In this document: positions 25,816-37,737 of the stretch, one piece after another
Position numbering within the stretch: position 1 is the first letter of the stretch
Layout of the letters: each line of letters starts with the position of its first letter
Source of the DNA: Chrysomallon squamiferum
Taxonomy: Eukaryota > Animalia > Mollusca
Direction: 5' to 3'
Length of the DNA: 64,000 bases
Assembly: GCA_012295275.1 (NCBI GenBank)
Contig: CM022672.1
Coordinates: forward strand, 24,366,001-24,430,000
Position numbers and translations under genes: made by a program
The notes under the pieces: model-generated
Told to the model about the DNA's origin: nothing
Database searches by the model: none
What the model saw: the letters and a program-made list of their open reading frames with translations, nothing else

Positions 25816-26109
25816 CTTTTTTTTTTAAAGAGAGCCATTTTTCAGAACGTGAAGATGCCATGGGGCTACTGGTCCTTTCTGACATTGTTTTAACAATAAA
25901 AGTTACATACAAATGCATTGGTCTATAACCATTTTATTTTTTATTTCACAATTGTAATTTTTTTAAATGGCAATGTAACCTAATTTAATCGTATCAAAAC
26001 CCACAAAAAAAAAAAAACCCACTTTATAAAATACTTTAAATTTCCGTAAAGTTTCTAAAAAAAGATCTTATCCTCATGTTCATTTTATACATGACTTATG
26101 CAGAATAAG

Positions 26110-26620
26110 CCGAATAAGCTCAGTATTCTCTTTGCAAACTACCTCATTTCTGGTAACCTGCCTTTATCCAGCTGGCGGTAAAAGTCTACAAGAGAAAGAT
26201 GATGGTGTCTGCCGCGGCACTCGTTGCACACTGCATATCGATAAGTTCCAACTGCAGCTATGGTGAAGCATCATCAGGGTCCATGGAGAAGGGAAGAGAA
26301 AAAAGCAGCATGTCTTTTTGAACAGTTGCAAAATCCCGAAAGCATTCACTATTCTCTGCAGAAAGGGATGAGAGAGTGCTGCACCGATACTGACCTTTGG
26401 AAAACTTCAGGATCTCTTACAAACCTGGGAAATGTGCAGTGCACAGTTTAATTTGTGACGAGTGTCTTCGGAAAAGTTGCAGCTTGGTACCAAAAACCTT
26501 TATGAGCTGTCTTGTCCTTTAACGTTAACATTCAGCGCATTCAAATGCTTCGGTATGTCTACCAAAAAAAGCCAGTATCTGATAGTTCTTCCATTGGATA
26601 TCTCTTTTTAGTCAAAAAAT
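26110..26620 (-). mobile_element. Decayed hAT (Charlie/SPIN/GTF2IRD2-like) transposase fragment
   Basis: Minus-strand pieces LAFLVDIPKHLNALNVNVKG, TKLQLF, HFPGL, FRDF..VQKDMLLFSLPFSMDPDDASP*LQLELIDMQC, FYRQLDKGRLPEMR*FAKRILSLFG, with stops and frameshifts. Confidence 0.85.
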
Positions 26621-29390
26621 GTCCAATATCTTTGTTCAAAAAACAATTTTTTTTAAAAAATAGTGCTAGTGCTGATCCTCAACTGTGTGATTGTGGAAAA
26701 CGCGTGAGGATAGAAATGAAACGATGTTTATTTTCCGGCGGATAGTAAGGCATTCAACATTCATGTGTCAGTACATGATACGGAATGATTCTTCAAAAAA
26801 AAAAAAAAAAAAAAAAAATAAATAAATTCGGGCAAACATTACATAATTTTTTTTTTTTTAAAAAGAAGCATTGCTCTTAAATATGGTATATATAATGTGG
26901 GTAGTATATCCTTTGAAAATTTGTTTGTGTGCCAACCCAGGAAAAAATATAAATGTGCAAACTGTTTCAGGTCTATCAAAATAGACAGACTCAGTAGAAT
27001 TAATATGAAAAACTCTGGCAACAGTGACCTACTCTGATAAAATTTAATCGTGCGAAATCATACATCAGGGAACAGTTTTTAAAATCTGTACAGAAGGCCA
27101 TGGAATAACTCGCCAGTGTTTAAAAAGGCAAAGGAGAAAAAGTAACAGCGGTGTTCATTCAGGATAAACTGTATATCATTGTTTGCGGGTAGAGCTTCAC
27201 TCACAATATTTAAGTGATGCATCTTATATAATGTTAGTAGGAGACTACAACATCGTACTTGTTAACATAAGATAATATCAACAGATTATCATATAAATTA
27301 TATGGCATTCCTTTTAGATATAACAATTTAATTTAGCTTTTTACAAAAATGTAGTTGATCAAAGTCATAATGTTTTATTTGCAATATATTCTAAATGAAC
27401 TTTTTTGTGTAAACCATAAAACAGTAAGAATTCTTTTTTATGAATACATGTGTACTACAAATATTTTATTCTATTCAAGTGTGTGTTTTTTGTGTGTGTG
27501 TTTTTTAAATTTTTATTGTAAAGGTGATAAGATTGAGAAATTGCTTTTGCATGTTTGTAAATGACTATCATGTGTAAAGAAATCACCTTGTAATGAGGTG
27601 GTTTATTTTGAATTGGGAAGAATTGTTATGAAATATATTCACCTGTTTTGCATGATCAAATATTGGTTTAGACTGCTTTTGACAAGTAACAGTATTCTTA
27701 AAGAAGCATATACTGTTCTATTCAACATGACAGAAGCAATATTTTTAATAAAAAAACAAATAAGCTTATTTCATTAAGGTATGTCAAGCCATTTATGAAT
27801 GACAAATATATTTTACCATTACCTTTTTTTTTTTTTTTGTTTGTTTGTTAAGATCAAAGTCTTTATTTAGTATGTTATAAAATTTCCTAATGTGTGTTTT
27901 ATATAAACATCTCATAGATAAAATGTATTTACCATACTATTTGTAAAAATATATTCCTAAGCAGTCAAATTTTATTAACTAAGATTGTGTGAGGGACTGA
28001 ACTAAAAGAATTCAGCATAATCTTTAATACAGTAAGCTAATATTAAACAGTAGAGAATAAATTTATATTCATAATCTTTTGTATAAAAAAATTATAATAA
28101 ATGTTTTAATATCATACCAGTACTTCCGAATTTTATTCTAATTATTTTATATCATGTCATAATAATTACTGGGAAAGGAGTATTCAGTGTATTTTCTAAA
28201 AATGAAATGATAATTATAAATTCTATTATTATTTATATTTTAATATTTTTGTTTAAAGACATATTAGTATTATTACAAAATTATGTATTCTTACCTTCAG
28301 TGAAATTGGTTGTTCCCATTCTCCAGAGTAGAAGGAAACTGACATAAAACCATGTTGTGTTGGTTCAAAATAAGTTACAGAAAGTCCAAGAAGATTTATT
28401 TTCACAACTGAACTGAAATATATGAATTCTCTTTTTGATCTAAGTCAAACACCGAATTTGTTGTGACACTGACAAGATTTCAATATGATTTTTGATTTCT
28501 AAATCACTCAGTACACTGATGAAAAAAAAAGAACATCATCACCGTTAAAAGAGTGTATGACATTTTCTGTTTTTATCAGTACAATAAGACATTTACTTAT
28601 CCAAAAAATATTATAATATCAATTCTTCAAAATCTTCAACATAATTATTGTTTAAAATATTTTAAAGTATGGAAGTGTTGGTTTTGGGTGGTAGCAAGGT
28701 GTTTCCATGAGATAAATGGATGGATGGAGTGGATATAGACCTTTAGGAGCTAGCGAGTGAACTAAAGTTTGTCTGTCCCAAGGTTAGGTTCCACCTACTA
28801 AACTGCAGGGGAACAGGTTATTATTAAGGATTAACTCGTCTGCCAGAAGAATCTGCTCCACCTTGGGAATGAAGGGGATTTGTTCAGCCCATCTTCAGCT
28901 AGCCGAGAGAATAGGTTAATTGATTTGGGGCTGAAGACAAGTTACATCCGCCTATGAATGTTTGCTTAGGGGACTGTTAATGAGAGGAATTTGTTAATTA
29001 GGACAGTTACAGACTGGGAATCTTGACTCTTGCCCACTCTGATTTAAAAACCAGGAGGGATACAAGCAGCCAACCATGATATAAACTATTTTATCTAGGC
29101 ATTAACCATTGCTTTTTTCAGCTAAGAAGCTGACCATTTCATTCAAGAGTCATAACCCAAATGATGCAGGATCCATAGCAGTATGGTTTAGTGCCAACAT
29201 TCAGCTTTCTACTGAGGTGCGTCACAAAATTCATTCTGAATGAGGTGGCCATTTCAACAGTTCCCTCACATACTGACTCACCCCCACCCCAGTTTAGAAG
29301 GATTTGAATGAGTGTGCACAGACTTTAATGAGCTTTCAAGTAATAGAAGACTTAAAAGGATCATGCTGTCAACATATATGCCACTTAATA

Positions 29391-29510
29391 AAGGGTATTT
29401 TTGCTGAAATTTAAGCAGCTTAAAGAGTATTTGCTGAATTATGAGTGACCTGAAAGAGTATTTGCTGAATTATGAGTGACCTGAAAGAGTTCTGCTGAAA
29501 TGTGAACTAC
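29391..29510. repeat. 31-bp minisatellite, 2 exact + 2 degenerate copies
   Basis: aaagagtatttgctgaattatgagtgacctg at 29422-29452 and 29453-29483. Confidence 0.85.
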
Positions 29511-30434
29511 TGGAACATTTATCTGGCCCTCATCTGATCCAGTGCTGTCATTATTTGGGCTAGATAAATATGCTAGATGGATATTACACAATCAGAAAGT
29601 AATAATTAAAATATAATATTATATATAAATAATAAAACAAATAACTGATATGAAATAAGATTAGCTCAACCACATCAGCCTGTGACAAAGATTATTCATC
29701 TTTGTTCATCTGTCATTTAGTGTATTGCTTTCAGTAAAGGTATTTTAAAATAATATTTTATAGTTTAAATTTAAAGGATATTAAAATGGTTAAGCAGGTG
29801 TTGCTGCTCTCCATTCAGTTGATCAGTAGCATCAAAACTTAGAAATGAGAATAGCTTTGATTAATAACTGCAGCTGGTCACTGTGCAATAGTGCAATTAA
29901 AAAAATTACGATTTTTAAAATTATTATTATCAATATTATTATTAATGACCTTAGAATATATTTTACAGCACAAGAGTTTCATGACTACAGAAATTGGCAG
30001 CACCAAGAAATCTTTCAACTGTAATCTGTTGTTGTTATACTTTATTATTAATTTTTATTAATCAACATGCAAAACATTGACTAACTAAATAAAAACAAGT
30101 ACACAAAGCAAGATTTTCATTTTTTTAATTTAATTATTTTTTAATTAGGAACAATTAAAATAACAGGATTTAATATGAATATAAACACAATTAAAATAAT
30201 TAAGAATTATATATTTTTTAATCAAGCAAAAACAAATTGTAACAATGTATTTATTTTAATACATATGTCTGAATAAAACAAGTTAATTAATTTATAAATA
30301 AATAAATCTTTGCTGTTAAAACACAATAGGCAGTTATTTTTTGTTTATTCTTGATATTCAAAATATAGAATAATGTATGAAAATCTGTTTTCCTATTAAA
30401 TTACTTAGTCTAAAAAAAAAGTATTTTATTTTAT

Positions 30435-30444
30435 ATTATTATTG

Positions 30445-30496
<52 letters not shown>

Positions 30497-30545
30497 ATAT
30501 ATTATTATTATTATTTTATTTATTTATTTATTTATTTATTTATTA
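30435..30545. repeat. (TAT)n/(TTTA)n microsatellite
   Basis: Direct reading. Confidence 0.9.
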
Positions 30546-31638
30546 ATTTATTTATATTCATTTTTTGTGCATTCTATTTATCAGTTGAGTCAAATAGAAA
30601 AAGTAAATTTAAAAGTAGTTTCATATTCTTGTTAAGTCATCATTATTATTTATATGACCAAATCTGGTCACCATAAATAGCAATTGGGAAGTATATAGAT
30701 TATTTTTAATACATTTGTTTGTATCACTCTTAAACTTACTTAGTATGGAAAAAGTGCTATATAAATACCTAATATATAATAAATATAATATGTACACATT
30801 AGAGAAACATAAATTTTAAAAAAGAGAAACAGTATTAAATTTAAAATGTAAATTTACATATGCATATTTTAATAAAGAATAATTTTAAGGCTAAATATTA
30901 ACTGTTTAAAATTTGCTTTCAAAGAACATTTTAATGAATTCAATAGTATAATGTTTGTATTATGTCAAATGTTGAATAAAAACCAAGAAAAAATGGATGA
31001 ATATAGCTTATGGTAAAACAACTGAAAATAATGAAAACCATTCTCATTTTCAACTTATTTTTAACTGATTATTTTACTTTAATAATTTCTTCCTTATTTT
31101 TGATTTTTTTTTTTTCCGACACTCACTTCTAGATTTTGAGCATTATGAATACATTTTATTTTTATCTAACAAGCAATACTAATATTAACTTTTGGTGAGG
31201 TTTTATGTTTCAACAGTAATTTAGTTTTAACAGATACTTGCATTTTTGTTTTTAATATAAAAAAATATAAGACATAAAAAATGTTTTAGATGGTGGTTTT
31301 TTTTGTCTCTACATAACTTATTTTTGCATCCAAAAATATAACATTTTTTTAATGTTTTAAAAATCAACAGAATAAAGTTTAAATCATAAAAATATGACAA
31401 AATAAAGTTGAACATTGAAAAAAAAAACCATATATATAAACACTATTATATTATTTCTATTTTGCTGATAAAATATACATTATTTTTATTGTTATTATTA
31501 TTATTATTTGTAAATTAATGATAAGTATGTATTTAGATAATTTGATGAAACAATCTTTATTAATGTTTGCTGGAGGTGACAGGATATTTTCTTATTACAA
31601 ATACATTTTATATTTTAATTAAAGACATTTCCCAAATT

Positions 31639-32849
31639 TTATCTATTCTTTTCAAATCCTAGCAAACGAATTTTTTTCATTAAATAATTAATTATGTGAA
31701 TGTCAGTTTTGGTCATGGCTATCTTTCTCCTTGTCTGATGAAATGCATCCATAAGAAGTATGAGAAAATAGTTCACCAATACATATTGAGAAGATACAGA
31801 AAAAGAGAAAAAAAAAATTGGTCCCCAAATGACATCAGCTTTTTCAAGATTAATGAAGTCTGGCTTCCCAAGTATAAACACAAATAATGTTAACAACGTT
31901 GATGATATATTTCTGTACCCATCAACTACATTTCCAAACATCAGAACAGCAAATAAAGAAAATGACATGGTAAATGCAAAGAAGAGAAATGCATATGAAA
32001 ACAGATGTGGTCTTGCATTACGAAGGGTTTCTGACAGCATTGATAATCGAGCATTAAAACGAAGTAATTTAAAGAATTTAATTATTGTCAAAGTGACTAA
32101 TGCTGAAGTAACATAAGTAAATAAAAAGTCAACAACTGCTGCAACATGAAAACTGACAAATGTGTCAAAATTTGATTTTCTGAAAATGTTCATAACATGA
32201 TTGCAAATAATAAGCCGATTAATAAACAGACCAATAACACTGTATCCCAGAACTAAGATGGTTATTTCTACATAACTCCAAGCATCATTAAAATATAACT
32301 TAATCTTTTGATTTTTGAATTTTTGAATTTCAATATATGTATATGAAAACAAAAACAAAACAAAAAAACCTTCAACAACAGCAACAAATGTTTCAAACTG
32401 ATTTTTAAAATGATACAAATTTGATGTGTATAAATGATGATAAGGGAAAACAAATCCAGTACTGGAAAATTCAAACATAATTATTAATACACTAAACAGA
32501 TATACATTAGGATTGAATACTGTAAATTCAACAAACACTACACGTGTATATTCATCCACCCATGCTGAATTAGCTAGATCATTTATAACATTTTGTGCAG
32601 CACTGGTATTTCTTGGGAGCTCAACAATGTATCCTCCTCCAGGGTAAGAGGCCATTTTTCCAACAATTGGAAGTGTACCTAGGTCTAAAGCTGTACGATA
32701 TGTCCACATTTTTTCATGACTGTTAGTTCCATTATATTTCCAGTTTCTGTTGTAACTCTCAGTATCTGAGCTAGCCAGAGTAAAGTCTGTTAAACATTTC
32801 TGTGAAGGCTTTAAATCATCTCTAATTAATGGAGCTATTTTACAATGGT
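31639..32849 (-). CDS. Gene A terminal exon: TOP domain + S2-S6 polycystin cation channel
   Basis: 1211 nt; YPGGGYIVEL, WVDEYTRVVFVEFTVFNPN, KLLRFN, ILGK pore, WGPIFF; TAA at 31639-31641. Confidence 0.96.
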
Positions 32850-35800
32850 CTGTAAATAAAGAAATATATATATTCAAAATGTGCATTTATACTGAATTAT
32901 AAAGTAATAATCTTCTAATTAAACTTTGTCTATAATATACTTAAGCCATAACCATTTATACTTTTGCATTTAGTATAAAATGCTATAACATAGCTTATAT
33001 ATAAAGTAAACAATAAAAAAAACTGCACTGTAAAATATTGGCCATTATTTTCAAGAGATCACAAATCTAAGATTAAAATTCAGATTAAGTGAAACATTTT
33101 TATTTCTGGTAATTACCTTTTTTCTTTATTCTTATCTGACGTAAACATGCCCGACCTACGAGAAATGCTACTGAACTGGAGATTGAATTGTATTCTCCTG
33201 ACATCAGATTTATCAAAAGTGTAGTATTCAAATACTTCCACATATCCTCTGAATTTGTAACCTGATGGGGAAAAAAGAAATTAACCATACTACTGACATA
33301 GCATTTAGAATTTGACACAATTAATTAAAAGATTACATTTTGTTAAATTTTCAACAAAGAAAACTGATTTTTAAAATAAAAAAAAACCAAAAAAAAAACC
33401 AAAACAACATAAAAAAATTAATAATTAAAAATTAAAAAAATGGAGAGAGCTAAATTCTATTTCTTTTGAATTATCTGAAGAAATTTAGCATCATGAAATT
33501 TATCAAAACAACTATTTTGAATATTTATAAATCCTATAACCTATGCCACCAAAAAAAAATAATTTGAGACTTTACTTATTTACAATAATGGTGAAATATT
33601 CAATAAACTAAATTATTTTAAAGTGGCAAGAATCAATCTGTTTCTTTTTCTTATTGTATACATGCAAAGCAAAACTAACCTCATATAACATGTCATTTGT
33701 TCTCTGTAAGTCCTGTATAAATACATGTTCAATGCTTTGAGAAATACGATATGTTTCAGTAATATCTCTGTGTCCTAACACCATCAGCAATACAATGGTA
33801 ACAAATACAAAGTACATGGTAATTTCTTGAAAAATCTCAAATGTTTGCATATCAAGCATAATTCGTTTGCGAATTCCTTGTAGCATTCGTTTTGATGCTG
33901 GGGGAATATAATAATCAAACATAGTGAAGGTCTTATCCATATCAGATGCATTTATCTCTTTTTCTTCATCATCTGTTAAAATAATTGAGAAAGAAGTGTC
34001 ATAATTCATAACACAGACTGTACCAAGAATTCCACTAGCCTCATTTTTATTTTATTTATAACTACCTAGTCAGCCACCTGAATGATTTAAATCAGAATAT
34101 AATCATACGTGGTTTCACAAAAGATTATGTTATGTCAAATAGTTTTTGTTGTTGTTATTTGTATTATTATTATTATTTTTTTTAATTTCTTTTAAACAAT
34201 TAATGAAAAATTATTAGGATTAATTCTACATACATGTAATCTGTTGTTATTTTGGAAATAATGAAAGGGTTTCTTAAAGAATAATATAATTTTCTAGCAG
34301 GACTATTAATTTCATTACTTTCTAAATTGTACGATATCAATTAAAGTGTTGTAGTCTACAATTAGCTGTGATGCTGATAGCCAATGTATTTTTTATTTAT
34401 GTGCAAGATGGGTATCATGTGACTAATAACATACACTCCATGCTTAATCTAATTATCAAAACAAAAATTGCAGTTATGTAGACCATAGCACCAGCCTCTT
34501 TTCAGCTTTCTTCAGAAGCAGACTCATTTTTATTTTAAGTTAATTATACATATTCAGATGTCCATGCAAATTATCATAATAGACATCTGTAGACATTGTT
34601 TAAAGTTTATATTTACAGAGATGCTGTAGTTCAATATATACGTATTTTATCTCACAAACTGTATGTAACACGTCTGGAAGAGTGAATGAATAACATGCAT
34701 ACATGTCTAGAAAATATTTTGTGTTTTATGTTTGTTTTTATACTTTAGTACTGAACCAGTGAAAATCACAAATTGTAAAGCATGAAATCTTGGTTATTTC
34801 AAATACATACATATATCAGAATGAAATACCATAGAACACAATACCTCTGTTTCTCATTACATTTCCAGTGTCATATTTGACTGTCTGTTTAAAAATCAAA
34901 GTCACCAAAAGAGCTAAAACTAGAACCTTTACAGGTTCTAAGACAAACAAACTCTCAAAGAATGATGTGAAGAAGGAAATAATCCAGGCAATACTTTTAT
35001 GGTAACCATACTTCAAACCATACAACATAACAAAATAGGAGCAAATGACTGATACCAGGAATGTGAAGAAGTAAATAACATAGAGAGATTTTTTAGGCAA
35101 TCTGAAACAAAATAGAAATGATTTATGAAAACAATTAGAATATATAAATAAAACCAAATTAAAATAAACAAAACCTAGTTAAAAAATAAACCATATAAAT
35201 TATATGACACGTAAGAACTAAAATCACAAATAATGTTTTCAGTACCAAATGAGAATACTTTCTTGATTTTAGCAGTAAACTGTAATATTTAGATAATAAA
35301 ATTTCATGTAAGTGGTATTAATTTCCCATATATTAAGCTCTATCAATTGCCGTAAGAATTATCCATTACCTAAAAAAATCTGGGCATTTTCCATGCATTC
35401 TTCTATTTTTGCATTTCTTAGTAAATAAATCTGAATTTGCAAGTATCACTTTAATTTTAAACAGAACAATAATATATAAATACTTTTATATAAAATTACT
35501 TAAAACTTTTCTTTTCATGCTCCTTTAGTTCCTGCTCAGCAGTAGAATGACCTGGACGATGTTCTTCATTTAATTCTGGTTCCACTAATGTGAATAATTT
35601 GATGATTAGTAAATTGATAGGAAAAACCATAAGAGCACACTGGATTCCAATAGCAAATTCAGTAAGTGAGAGGTGGAAGTCTCCATAATCAACCTGATCT
35701 TCAGGATCATCTGTTGGTATCCCATGATACATGATGTTGGCAAGCATTGTGCACAAAAGAAGACAGAGTGCACATGTGAGTCGTTGTATATGAGTAAATG

Positions 35801-37705
35801 AACTTGTAGGTGGCTTGTAGAAGATGCTGATCCAAATATGACCATCCCGTATGTCCTGACTTGTTGTCAGTGTAAACTGATAATAGCGTTTTTTACAATA
35901 CTTTTTATCTTCAATTGCTGGAATTTCAGCATACACAGTACATTGACCTTTATAAACACTGAGCCAGTCATCAAATACACAATGCCATGCTTCATCAGTC
36001 TGAAGATCTTTAACATAAACCTCTTTCAAGAACCTGTTCAGGAGAATTAAATTTAAAATTCAGAAAATATTTTCTTTTTCTTTCATTTTTAAAAACTTGA
36101 TAGTTCAACATTTTAAATTATGATCTATTACTATAAAGAATTAAATGAAAAGTCTGATATCAAGTAATAAATGTCCATTTTTATATCTTTTATGAACAAC
36201 AGTATAAGAAAAATTAAGCAAAACACTGATTCAATTTATTTTATGATGATTTAATATAATCAGGAAACAAATCAAGTAAAATGGAATAAGGCGAAACTAT
36301 GAAATAAAAAATTAAAAAGATTACTTCATAATTATATATAATTAATGTTTCAGTCAGGCTAAATATCCATTGGACATTTTCATAATATAGTGAAAATACC
36401 TTTTTACCCTTCTTGTTTCAGATAATAGTTTTAGTTTCCAAACATAATTTGTGATACCCCAAGTAAATATAATAGTTTTAATATTGGCAGAGGGATTAAA
36501 ATGGTGATTTGATACCTGTTGATATTATATAAATGGCAATATATATATTATTTTCCAGATCTTTCTGTCATTCCCAGTTTTCATTATTTTCTCATAAAAA
36601 TCTATTTTCTTCAAATGGGCATATATACAAATTTATTGCAACAACAATATTTTGAGAATGATTCTGAAAGATGTTTACAGATATGTACCAAGATGGTTTA
36701 GGTCCACTATTGTTATGCCATATGACAACTGATTTAATTCTGCCCAAACTCTCATTTGTCTTCAGTAAAAACCAATTCTCTGCACCAGATTTAAAGAGTT
36801 CTCTCTCACTATCAACCAAAGCCTCCCGTGCAGATTGCTGATTTTTTCCACATAGATATAGAAAGACTCTTGAAGAGGTTCCTGCATGCTTCCACCAGCC
36901 AGTAACCACACAAATTAGATAGGCATATTTTCCTGAAGAATTATCATCAAGGACAGTGATACCAATCTGACAATAAAAATAAAACAAAAATAGATTAACA
37001 GCTAATAGCAGATTTCTTTGTATTGCAATTAATAATCACTAGCATATCAGTTTATAACCACGTAAATTTCCCTAAATATTAATATTTTAAATCATATTGT
37101 AACAATATTCACAAACAAAGCAATTATATTCTGTAGACAGCTGAAAATACTGTTTCATAACTAAGAAGAGAAACTGAAAGTATATTGTTATATTATGAAA
37201 TTTTATAACCTGCTGTTCACAAACTTTGTTTTAAAATATTTACCATGTATTGGTGAATAAAAATAACAAGAAATATTTTTATATTCATTTTATTTTGTCT
37301 TAATTATTCACTGACATTCTGCTTTAAAATGTCACTTTTATGTGCTTATATATTTTTATAACTCTATCTCTACTTTGCACACCTTACTGAATTAAATTTC
37401 TTCCAGTGAGATATGTGTAACATTTTTATAACCATGTCATATTATTTGTTTTTTTTTTGTTTTATATTCTCAATTGTTTTTAGGAAATATATGTCTTTTA
37501 ATTTTATTTTACTTTTGTTTTATTATACATGTGTATTGTTAGTATGTACACACAGACAATAAGATTTATATTTATATTTAGTGTAATTTAATTTCAAGAC
37601 TTACTAGAATTATATCTATATTTTATTTAACATTATTTTTTATATTTACTTTTTTTTTTTTTTTTTTTCATTTCTTCTTTATTATCATTTCTTGAATTTA
37701 GTTCG

Positions 37706-37737
<32 letters not shown>

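Noticed and set aside
25003-27056. CTGGCGAG / CTCGCCAG as TIRs of a 2-kb element
   Set aside because: Only 8 bp match and no clear target-site duplication.
29391-29510. 31-bp repeats as a CRISPR array
   Set aside because: Head-to-tail copies without spacers, in a eukaryotic context.
31480-31561. AATAAA polyadenylation signals after the gene A stop
   Set aside because: Several candidates, and the hexamer is too common in this AT-rich DNA to choose one.
31696-32116. Plus-strand ORFs overlapping the channel exon (also 43704..43997, 40753..41028, 59062..59370, 1842..2063)
   Set aside because: Antisense shadows of real minus-strand exons; no motifs or splice context.
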